In this document: piece after piece, positions 52,901 through 64,000 of the stretch
How the letters are laid out: the number at the start of each line of letters is the position of its first letter
How positions within the stretch are numbered: the first letter of the stretch is position 1
DNA from: Balanoglossus misakiensis
Lineage: Eukaryota; Animalia; Hemichordata
Reading direction: 5' to 3'
Assembly (NCBI GenBank): GCA_040954595.2
Contig: CM082597.2
Location: forward strand, 186,001 to 250,000
DNA: 64,000 bases
The notes under the pieces: model-generated
Told to the model about the DNA's origin: nothing
What the model saw: only the letters and a program-made list of their open reading frames with translations
Database searches by the model: none
Made by a program: the position numbers and the translations under genes

Positions 52901-55900
52901 TAGAAGACAGAGAGCAGCAGTAAACCACATTATTAAAAAACAAGGGATGTTAATAAATGGAAGCGAGCATCACTCTTTGCGCATTTCCATTTCCTGACAA
53001 TACGAAGTCACTTCCTGATTCACTTAAAGGGAAAGAAGATTGAATATTGTATGAGGCCTGTATGAGATGAAAATAGTAATGTTTACTTTGATGATTTCGT
53101 ACACAAAATCTGCAAATGGGGTACTTTGCTATTAATAAGTTGAACAATAAAACGAAGTTGTACATGTGTACTATTTAGATGATCCGTCACCTGCTAATGT
53201 GAGAATCTTGATCAAAACCATCCCTATACTGTTTACTTTGTGTGAATGGACATTCAAAAACATCATTGACTGACGGTACGCGTGTCAGTCAAAATAAAGA
53301 AATCTTCCGCAAAACGCACGAAGGATCAAAAACCTATATGTTCCCATGGTTACCACTCGAAAGGGAATTAACGGTAAAATTCAAGACAGAAAGCCTTCAG
53401 CATATTACACAAATCACGTGTCACAGTGCTTGGATTGCAATGACCTCTTCCTTGACTAAAATAATGCAAATCGAATGAAGAGAGACTTATTATATAAAGA
53501 ATTCTGAATTGATTTGTTGCAAATTTCAGATTGTTGTAATTCATTCCTAATTAATTCATACATTCAGCGTAAAATTTGGATAATCGGACGAGGGAAGTGT
53601 ATTAAGTTGATAGCATGATCCAAGTAATTTCTAATTATGCAAATAATGGTAGCTAGCCTCGCTGTAAAAGAGGCCCTGCAATGGGTCAAGCCAGTCAACA
53701 CAGTCTACCAGCATTCTCCAAATATAATGTCATTGTTTCGTGAATTTATAATCATATCTAGTTGACAGAAAACAAAGACGCGCTGGCAAATTTCCAATCA
53801 GTGACTTGTCCGCATATTTTGTTCATATATTGAATTATATTCTTTACAGCGAGCAATCATACTTTGTATACTTTTAAAGTCCACTTTTATAGTTTTATTT
53901 TCCCAATAGGAACAGATTTTACTAAAAGAGTGTGATACTCTGTATGATTTGCAACATTATACCGTAGAAAGAGTAAAACAAGAATTTGATTAAATATGTG
54001 TTCACCGAATCCTAATTGATAAAAAATACAAAATCGGGTCGCTTAACTATCATACAATCTACAATTCATTTTGAGATTCTCCGTTCCCGTCATTCAACAA
54101 TAATTCACATCAGGACCACACAAAAAAGTATCGGTGATTGCTGGCAATCGTGCGTCAGAAAACAATTTTTGACGTGACATTCATACAAGATAGAATAATT
54201 CTCATTGTAAGCGCGGTTTTCAATGTGCGCAATTGCTTCCGTTCGGAAAATCTTAAATCTTTTAAAAGCATAAGTCACACTGAAATGATGAGTTACAAAA
54301 AATACTAAAGTAACAATAAAGTCTTCTCAGGATAAAATTTAACGCGACTTATCGCGACTGGTGAATGACAATATTGTACGCTGGATGACGACAGTCTATA
54401 TGATGTGATAGTTGAATAGAAATGCAATAACACTTACCACCTCAATCGTACAATTACAGATATAACTTTCATCCTTTTCTCAATTTACAAAAATACACAA
54501 AAAGCGAAAATAAATAGCCGGACAGTCCGACGTCGAGAAATGTGTGATAACTGACAGCGAGTTTTAAGACTAAGCCCGGGGTAATAACATGTGGGCGGAT
54601 TGTGAATGAGGATGAAACTACATTTTAAGGAGAAGTCAGTCTGTTACTGCAGTGCAAATAGAATTGGTCTGCTAGGCTACTCTTACCTTGCGAAGAAATT
54701 AACTGTAGTTGCAAAACACAAACAAGACTCAGAAACAGCGTCATCGATTCCAGTCCCGACATTTTGAAGTAGACTTAAGATACCATAAGTGAAGTTATTG
54801 GAAATGCAGGGTTTGTCGGAGTCGCACAGTCCTCACATACACAGACTGTATGTGAGCGCGATAAGTGAATACCTCAGCGACATCTGTCAACTTAACGTAA
54901 ATACAACACGGCCTACAAAAGCCAACGACCATTCGTCGAACAGCTGTCATTTTCGGCCCACAACCTCCTCTTATGTGTGTTACAACGAATTCTATTGGCT
55001 TACAACACCAAACGGTAAACATAAGATCTTGCTGATTAAATCACTGAATAGACCAATCATAGGGTACAATACAAGTAGTAGTTTCAAGGGAGTAAGCGCA
55101 TCTATAATTACTATCATTGAAACTATACTTTAATTTATATGTAGACTGTTCTGCTTTGTTCTATTCGTTCTCATTGTGTATAGAAACGAATTGATTGACC
55201 CCAAAGTTGATTATCAATGAAAGAACGTCAATAAATGGGTTTGGTAATACCGTTGTAAGTTTGGTTTGGTTAGACTTTACAATGACTTACTGCCTTTAAA
55301 GTAGTTCTCCAGTCTCATACACGGTATTTAATTCTCACTAGAGCATTAACTGTCATTCGCAAGTAAACATAACATCTATTTTCCGGTACGTAAGTAGAGT
55401 TAGAGTCAATGTCATTATTGCTAGTATTGTATTGTTATATATATAATCTAAAACGTATTAATTTGTATTTAGTTTCCTTTCTCATCACACCCACAATGCA
55501 ATGCTGTAAAGAACATGAAATAAGCACGGTGTTTTGTCTGTATATAAACTTATGCTGCCTTCTGATGTTTTATTTGTTTTCATTTTTCACCACTGTCGAT
55601 ATCCCATCATATAGATTTATCGCTCGTTTGAAAGTCACTGGGCTATGGTTATTGTAAAACAACCTGTCTTTATTATGAACATCGGCGTGTCGTGTGTTCT
55701 ACTAGTTACAACTGAAAGTAGCTTGGAAAAACCATGTGAATTGCTCTCTAATAAAAGCTCTCATTTTAAATTTTCTTAGCCTTATTCTGCAGATTGGTCT
55801 CAATTCGTAAACAAATCATGGGTTGAGTTGGTGACTGGGTACTCTATCATAACAGCGCTATTCACATGGAGTGGGGTTGGCACAAGTTGAACACACGTCA

Positions 55901-58900
55901 CTCTCTATTGAATTGGACTACATCAATCGTACCCCTGTATGTCTATTGTTATACATCCCATTAAGTAGTTTTGCGGCACATATGGCCACTCAGTTCCTTT
56001 CCATCGTTTCTTGACGCTCGTTGCAGATGTGAGCTATAACACCGAGCAGCTATGGTGGTTGCAACAAAAGCGACGTGATGCACCCTTGTACAGCTATTTT
56101 CCAGTCAACGTGCGCAACACACACTTCTACTCCTCTGTGTTTTAAAGCTTGACGACCACGTCCGTCGAACGCAGTCATTCTACTTTCAAATGCCTATTCT
56201 TCCTCGAGCATGGCTCGGCGACGTCACGTGACCACGCATTACCGCTTGCCACTCAAGCTGATATTGTATCTGACAGCGACCATGCAACTATTGAGACGAT
56301 ATACCAAACAAAACAATCGCCAAGCGAAGAAATTGGGAATTATTTTAAAGTTTTCACTTAGTACTGCTCACAAAACGAGGGGAAATCTAGGTTAGCATGC
56401 CCAAGCTTTATATATGGGGGCTAATACGATCAAAATAATAAAATTAGACGATTGATAATTAGTCCAATTGTAATTATTCTAAGATAAGTAAACTGGGAAG
56501 CACAGTTTGATGTTATAACTTTTAAACAACAGATTGTACGGTGCCTTTGGAATGACGTGTTTTAACTTCTAGTACCTGATTGGTTGTATTGAAGACACGT
56601 GATTTGGTGATCGAAACACCACGCTTCGTTGAAGGACAAACATCACTCAGCATCTGTTGATATGTGCGATCTATTTTCAACTACCTTTGTCGGTTTTTGA
56701 GGTAAACATCAATATTAATTTTCGTATATTGTGACTGGCATTATCCGTCTAGTTGCATATATCCAGCATCGTAGTCATGTGACATGAACAGACTATTTTT
56801 CATGATAGAACAGAGACGTAACAGACAACATCTGTGCTACCTCCAAGCAGAAGTCACCAACCAATTCCAACAGACGATGTCACATCGATCGATGTACAAT
56901 GTGAAGAAAGGGAGCGCACTTTTACAAGTGACAATGGATTAGCTATTGACAAAGCCTACGACCAGAGTTTTCGACTGCCTTAAAAGTCTCGTTCGCGATA
57001 CTCTTTTTGCAATTGAACAATCGATCGGGCGTGTCACTGAGAAAGAAAGAGTGTACGATATCTCGCAAAGTCAATCAGAACCCTAATCTGTTATCTGCAC
57101 AAACGGACACAAAATATTCAAGATTTTTCTATTCCGTAATGTAACGTGCCTTGGTATTTTTGGTATATTGTGTGAAAACATGCACCTGGTGTGCACCTGT
57201 TGGCAGACTTATTTCTCCACGTAATGAACACATTTTAAGATAGACCTCTGCTGGTCAACTTCAAGTATGAGTGCATTCCCTAAGGAAGGTGGTCAGGGGC
57301 TTGTGATAGTGAGCAGAATTCCGCTTCACGCATATTGACAAATGGATAGGCGTGATCTCGATCACTTTGTGTAGTGACTGTGATGATGTGAAATCTTTGG
57401 CCATATTTTAGTTTATCCCTTTCTGATTTTACGAATGATATGTTTCCCAAATCAAGAATGAAATTATTCAGACTTCGGGTAATTGCACTTTTCTTGTCGA
57501 GCGTTTAGTCTATGTAACCATAACAACAGTGTGAGCGTAGGACAACTGTAATTAGAAAATCAAATCTTAGTGAAAATCTGCAGTATTGGCCATTATGTTG
57601 ATTACGTTGGTAGATGATGCATTCATTTGTTGAAAATGGACATAAAGTCGCTGGCAACAATAGTTACTTTGGACCAGTTATAAAAACTTCCCTTCAACGT
57701 TTATTCAAATCAAAACAGCCAGATGGCCCTTTTATTGAATGCAACAACAATACCACGGTCTTTGTTGTCCATTCAATTACACTGCCCCCATTGTTCAATT
57801 CCTCTTATGTGTACAGAGACTTGACAACAAAACCATCAATATAGAGTGCCAGTTTTCCTGATAGCATTATTCCTTGAGTACAACTCTACAATTTCTTAAT
57901 ATCATTACCGAACTGAACATGTGCACCAAGAACACGTGTGGCTTTTATGTGACGGCGCCCTCTCACGACAATGAAACACTCATATCATATCGTGGTCTGT
58001 TGTTTCACCTGTCTCAAAAATGTGGTTGGCTGTACAGAGGAGTCATTACATGGATTTAAATTCGCCAGGTCTACTGAAGAGCATCACTGAACTAAGTTAC
58101 CCCGCAGTCAACATTCCTCAAAAAGTAACAATACCTTTGAATTAGCACATAAATATTTCGCCACAATTGCGTTCTCATGACAAAATCGTCGACTATCACT
58201 GAAGGCGACATGTTGAGATGTCATTGCCATCATCCCACAACCGAAATCTGTCCTATTCTCATGCGGATGAAATGATCACTATTCTTTTCATTAAAATGCA
58301 TAATTTGAATGAAACGAGACAAAGATAACAGTAAGATGTACACGTGCGGCACAAAATAGTAACAGAATCGACCAATTTGTCCGGTATTGTTTGTGGTATG
58401 TACCCCCACTATGAATTTGATTACATTGTTTAACATGAACTCAACCCAAGTCGTGGGAACATGACATACTTTTATAGTTCTTAATGTCTGGGGAATAATA
58501 AATTACAATTAATATTTTTCAACATGTATCAGTCTGTGTTAGCCTAGTGTGTATCAGTTTGTATTACTGTGTCGCAATCTGTGATTAGGTATATGCGAGT
58601 TTCTTGACAAAACATTTTAAATCGCATTTTTTATGAAATAAAATGTTTAACACCAGAGCTATAGATAGATGGAAAACTCTTCTCTGAATCACATTTCTGC
58701 ATCATCAACATTTCCGGGAGGAAATCAACAGCGCCACCACCGATCACGTTTACATATTCATATATGGTCCGGTCCACCTCTACCGCTGGCTGCGCAGTGC
58801 AGGCAAACTCTACAGCTTACTATATGCTACCTTAGTGATAGATATGCATGAAGGGCTTCTCTTTTGCCAAAATCTTATAAAATCTAAGCATTTCCAAAAC

Positions 58901-59284
58901 CGAATAAAAGAGGGCGATGGAGTGAAAGGGGCGTCCATGTTTTTGATGAAACTTACCTCCAATAGTTAGCTGCATAGTAGCTTCAACCACCTGTTGATCA
59001 TTGTTGACAACACACTGATACATTCCCTTGTCTTCTCTGGACACTGAGCTGATTATTAACGTCGTGTCGTTTTCTGAAGTGAATATCCGATCTGATTCCT
59101 CTAAAGGCTTGGCGTTCTTCAACCACGTGATGGTAGTGATAGGATAGCCACTGACGCTACAGTTGAAATACGCAAGACTTCCAACATCAATCGTTTGATG
59201 ATTTGGGTCAAAATAAGCCATCAGTGGTTCTAAAGTAAGAGAAATGAGAGAAATGACAATAATTAGTTTGGTTTCACTATAAGC

Positions 59285-59316
<32 letters not shown>

Positions 59317-59392
59317 TTGATGATGATGATGATGATGATGGTGATGGTGATGGTGATGGTGGTGGTGGTGGTGGTGGTGGTGGTGGTGGTGG

Positions 59393-59448
<56 letters not shown>

Positions 59449-60411
59449 GTAAATAGTAAATAACTCCTTGTTTTTTTGTTTACTCACCTGTAACGGTCAG
59501 TACAGTTTGGATTCTGTCACTACCAAGATCGTTTTCTGACACACAAGTGTATCGTCCACCATCCTCTAGAACAGCGCCCTCAATGACGAGATTACCTCCT
59601 AGCAACTTAATCCGGTCATCCATGACAACAGCGCGTCTCCCTCGATACCACCGATATGCTGGTGATGGTTGAGGATAAGCTGTACTCACACAGGGTAATT
59701 CGACACGACTTCCAGATGTCACGGTTTTGCTTGCAACACTAGATATAATCTCTGGCGCCATGTCTTGAGGATCTGAAAAAAAAGAAATAATAATTTAGAG
59801 TCTCTGTAACCAACAATGGACTCTCCACTCTCTAAAAATTAAGTTTTCTTTCTTGATTTGTAAAAGCAGATTGATTGATTGATTGATATCACTGACTTAC
59901 TGTGAACAGACAATTGAGCTCCAATACTTGTTTTCTTTTCTCCAGTGAGTCTGTGTGTTGTCGTACAGCGATATCTTGTCTGTGTGTCTTGTTCCCGGAC
60001 ATGACGTATGTGCAGTTCACCGTTGTCAAGGATACTGTATCTTTCGCCTGGTGTAATACGAAATTCAACAATAGTTAGAATATGTATTTTAACACGAAAT
60101 AATTCACACATTTAAAGAACATGAGCACTTTTCCTGGGTATAATTTTGACATCAACTTTGATCTGTAAACAACTTCATTGTGATGTACATAGATGCTGAC
60201 AATAATGTAAATGGCCCAATAAGTGTCTGTTTACAACTTGGACATAAGAACCATATCTACTTGCCTGGTTGTATGGTTGTTGTTCCACGCGTCCATTGCG
60301 TCACTGTGACGTAATCTTTTACATAGCTTGGTATTCGGCACTTGAAGACAGCACTGTTCGATCGCATTACATACTCATTATATACTTGAACAATATAAGG
60401 TTGTAATATTA
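37919..60411 (-). CDS. Dscam: Down syndrome cell adhesion molecule orthologue, 5'-truncated (Ig2-Ig9, FN3 x4, Ig10, FN3 x2, TM, tail ending YTIV)
   Basis: Minus-strand exons: Ig2 60411-60265+60047-59901; Ig3 59772-59488; Ig4 59229-58957; Ig5 52192-51890; Ig6 47970-47698; Ig7 47434-47150; Ig8 47006-46887+46730-46560; Ig9 46402-46106; FN1 45981-45682; FN2 45112-45042+44874-44637; FN3 44430-44125; FN4 43965-43820+43687-43528; Ig10 43377-43260+43155-42998; FN5 41723-41625+41457-41272; FN6 41120-40824; TM 40661-40442; tail 40289-39649, 39532-39287, 39096-38871, 38674-38409, 38196-37919. Diagnostic motifs: SAVFKCRIPSYV, FSEQTLQPGP, CRVAGYPI, CVVSTGDMPITITWKKDG, INLESWQSGGCPI, and the 9Ig-4FN-Ig-2FN order. 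Confidence 0.96.
47535..47622 (+). repeat. (GACT)n/(GTCT)n simple repeat in the Dscam Ig6-Ig7 intron
   Basis: gactgactgact...ctgtctgtctgtctgactgactgact. Confidence 0.85.
52286..52334 (+). repeat. (GTAGT/GTGGT)n pentamer simple repeat
   Basis: ggtgtggtgtggtgctgtagtgttgtgtagtgtggtgtagtgtagtg. Confidence 0.75.
59285..59447 (+). repeat. (GAT)n/(GGT)n trinucleotide microsatellite in the Dscam Ig3-Ig4 intron
   Basis: About 54 triplets; produces the spurious poly-His ORF 59263-59487. Confidence 0.97.
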
Positions 60412-60471
60412 CTGAAACAGAAAAAAGAATCTATATTAATACATGTGAAAATTTCCTCTGGCCCTAAGAAC

Positions 60472-60487
60472 TAGCGCCACCTAGAGG
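60472..60487 (-). promoter_or_regulatory. CTCF-like motif in Dscam intron
   Basis: Minus strand CCTCTAGGTGGCGCTA matches the CTCF core consensus CCWCYAGRKGGCRSY; 60 nt upstream of the Ig2 acceptor. Confidence 0.5.
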
Positions 60488-62607
60488 CTGTACTCGTGTT
60501 TCAGTTGTTGGCTTTTGTCGAATCTTTCACTTTTCTGATAAACGCATGCACTGTGAGAACAGAGATTTAGTTCAATCCATCACACATCGATCGTTAGCAT
60601 CTGGTGAAGTACTCAAAAGCGTGACCTTTGACCTATGTGCCTTAATTAGTTTGGGTCAAATACTGGTTAATGAATGTATTCGTGTAACATTGATAGACGG
60701 TCTCATAAGAAAGTCTTAGATGGTCGCAGCTGTAACATTCACATGTACCAAATGCAGCGTATCGACCACTATTTGAAGGCAGAAAAAAACATGTCTGTAC
60801 AATTGCGACTAAGACCAGCCCTGTTACTTTAACATCACTGCGTCTTAAATATATGGAGCTTAACTACCAGACTAGATATTGTCTGGACATGTTTAACAAA
60901 ACTAAAATTGGCCATGTTTAATTTAAAATCGGCGTCTCCCTGTCTGTATTATATACCAGTAAATGGTGCGTATTTAGTTCGCAATAAGATTACCATGGAA
61001 ACCGTGCAATAGATGATATGTTACCCGCTACATGCAAAGCATTGGATATCTGATTCCATTAAAATTGTCTTTTTGCTCGTTGATTAAAAAGTCCGTTCAG
61101 AACTTCTTGAAAGAAATGACACGATTTAAAATCAAAATATATTATCGATAAAAATCAAACACAGTATCGTCATTTACTTTAGGTTCACATGCGAAGTCGA
61201 TTGTCTACGTTTTCCCCTCTACAATTATCTCCGCTTAAAAACTACGCTGAGCGGCAATTTTCGCTTTTAAGTGGCGTCATTGTCGTGTGGCGTTAAGTGA
61301 CAATGTCTCCGTCGTATATGGGTTTCACTGACCATTAACCTGAAATAGTGCCATAATGTCACGTGAACAGATTGAACAAATTACTCACTACAAAATGGAA
61401 AGCTAATTTACATAATAGCATGTCGTTCGGCTGATGTTTGCAATTAATTGGTGATGACATGTTCCCACGACTCTGCAACTATTCAGCAGGTCAGGATTAG
61501 ATTAGGATTGTAGTCACAAATCCCATATTTGAATACATTAATTTGTGAAATTTACGGTGCATTCCTTAGAAATAAGACTGATTAACCCTTACTGGTATGA
61601 ACATTAAATCGTTTGGACAAAATGACTATAACTCCCTCCCAATGTACAGGTATTTTTTCTTATATCAGACTACACCAAATCAAGTCACTCCGCCTAGGTA
61701 AAATGCCATCTTGGAGATTTTAGAAAGTTATTCAAATTTCAGTTGAGAGGCCTATACATGAATAACCATACTGAAGAAGTACTTGAGAAATACTTCTTCC
61801 TGGAATTTTAAGAGCGATGGTGTTTGTTGCTATAGTGACAGCCAATGCTTCCAAAGCTATTTGTTCTTATAGTTTATTCATGATGGCGCTCCTTATAATG
61901 AATGGCTTCTGATGTCCTCCAATGCTTCAATCTAATGAATTGTCAGACATACAACCTCTCTCACAATATCTCTTCTCCATCGCGGTTTGTTCTATGCGGG
62001 TTGGCACTGTTGTAATGACCTAAGATGCGGGTTGGCGGTGCTGTAAAGACTAGCCCTCGCCAAGTCACAATGAACAGTTATTATAATGGCGCCTGATTAC
62101 TAATTCAAACTCTAGTCGTGAAGAAAAGTTAACATACAGCCAGTAACAGAATACATCCTAACAGTGTTAAACTTTCCTTCATTGTTCAGTTGGGTTATCG
62201 CTACTCAAAAGTTTGGTAAATGACCGGGTATTGAAAGGTACGTTACACATGCATAATGTATATTTATTTATTCATCAAATCGTGAATAATTTAAATAATA
62301 CGCATGCATGCATTCGTGGCATGAATACATGGTACGGGTATTAGATTAGATGTTTTAGTTACCAATAGACACTTGAAAGGGAGTAATGAAGGTGCTGGGA
62401 ATAGCCTTTTGGTCATAGGGTGTAATGGAATTGTTTGGAACAGCTCTTGGCTAAGGAAATTGTACAATGGATATGAGATGAGAAAAGCAAGCAGATGGTC
62501 GCATCACGCCCTGCAATAACATTAATAAAACAGAAAATAGCATTGTAGATGATTGATGAAAAACTGAACAAGACGTACTACATGTATGGGGAGGAATTCA
62601 TTATCAA

Positions 62608-62745
62608 GACAGATACAGACATAGGGGTAGACAGACAGACTCATACACAGGCAAGCTACATTCTGTATACTAGTATGTAGAGACGGACAGGCAGGCACAC
62701 ACACACACACACACGCACAGAGACAAAGAGACAGACAGAGACAGA
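62608..62745 (+). repeat. (GACA)n/(CA)n/(GA)n simple repeats
   Basis: agacagacagac ... cacacacacacacacac ... gagacagacagagacagag. Confidence 0.8.
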
Positions 62746-62965
62746 GTGTTGACGCATTACAATGAATGAGTCAGATGGGTTCATACATCGGATGTCGCCA
62801 GTGGACTTCTGTCGACATGTTACAGAAAGTTGGCATTGAAACAGAGAGAATTGAAGTCTCTCTCCGTTATGAGTGCGTTGAACTATTTGGTGCGCTGACA
62901 ACGACACGACGCTGTGTGATCACGTGTTAAGAACCCAAGTTGTAGGCTGAGTGACATCATCGTAT

Positions 62966-62979
62966 GTTACCATGGTAAC
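62966..62979. promoter_or_regulatory. Perfect palindromic RFX X-box
   Basis: GTTACCATGGTAAC, a 14-bp palindrome matching the RFX consensus GTNRCCATGGYAAC. Confidence 0.45.
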
Positions 62980-64000
62980 TGAGTTGAAATCTTTTAAACA
63001 CACACTAATCAAGGGTATTTCATGTTAGTTGGTTCTGCTATGTCTGGTAGATGGCATGGTATCTCAATGATTTGATCACGCACGGTTCCTTCATGTAAAT
63101 GATTGAATATAGCGAAAAGCACGTATTGGTTACAGCACTGCACGCGTTAAAATAATTGGTTATTGTCGTGCATACCTGGATATAGATTATAACGAAGCAC
63201 GCTCTTTATTTGCGTGAGGCAGATCGATCACCTATAACCATAGCAACGTCAATGTACCCTTAAGTCATATTTAATGGCTAATGCATTGATCTAGAGTATG
63301 GTCTTTATCCAGGCACTTTGTTAATCTACATCCGGGCACTGCTTAGAAACATATTGACCCGTTTCCCCACCGTCTCTGTATCATCAACTTGATAAGAGCA
63401 CCTACATATATTTTGAAGTTTCTATTGTCTAAGTCAGGAACTGAATATGATATCACAAACCCTACAGAAAACGAATGGTAATTTATTCTTCAATTCTGGG
63501 CGGTTAAACGAAAGATAAATTTCCCATCGCATGCTATGGGAAAGAATTAAGGTATATTTATTTTAGTGAGTACTTGTGAATTAAGTTTAATTTGTGGAAC
63601 TCTACAAATATTTGCATGAAATGACGTTAATGAAGTCATAGTACCGTACCATGCATATTCCCTTTCGCTTACATAACAACTTCTTCACTTGGAATTTAAT
63701 CAATATTGTTCATAATCAGAAGCAGAGAACGCAGTGTTTAGAACTGTGTGGGTACCCCATTCTGCAAATGGGATGATGGGTAAATTAAAACACATGAATT
63801 ATTTACAGCTTGGAATGGGGTGGTGGTAATAATGCTGGTTGACGTTGACGGCGATTTGATGAGCTGACCCTGACCGTCATGCCATGGGAGAACATCACTT
63901 ATACAGTACGTTACACAGACTCGAGCCTAATGACTTCAATTGATGTATGGATTTAAAGCGAGAGTTCCTTTGCGCGCTATAGAAAACCTCATGCACATAT

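Noticed and set aside
47971-58956. Short ORFs in the large Dscam introns as nested genes or hidden alternative exons
   Set aside because: None shows Ig, FN3, transposase or other recognisable motifs, and candidate micro-exons I tried were not frame-compatible. A homology search would be needed to exclude them fully.
59263-59487. Poly-histidine ORF
   Set aside because: Translation of an intronic (CAT/CAC)n microsatellite between Dscam Ig3 and Ig4 exons.

Overview
AT-rich, intron-containing animal genomic DNA, probably a marine invertebrate; ambulacrarian/invertebrate deuterostome is inferred, not proven. The + strand holds three tandem paralogous single-pass immunoglobulin-superfamily receptor genes of nephrin/Kirrel(Neph)-like V + C2-set type with basic, Arg/Lys-rich tails. 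Gene 1 is present as its 3' end only (113-1600). Gene 2 (4904-10753, about 971 aa) is V-V-mucin stalk-C2-Ig-TM-tail. Gene 3 (12832-36198, about 4835 aa if fully spliced) carries 40 tandem symmetric (phase 1-1, 312-318 nt) single-exon V-type Ig domains, including a homogenised array of ten near-identical ~940-bp two-exon units (19600-29320). On the - strand, tail-to-tail with gene 3, lies a Dscam orthologue (Ig2 to stop, 60411-37919; 5' end outside the window) with no visible alternative-exon arrays and a GC-AG intron. The main candidate novelty is the actively expanding and converting Ig-exon array receptor clustered beside Dscam. All exon boundaries were derived by eye from splice consensus and reading-frame continuity.
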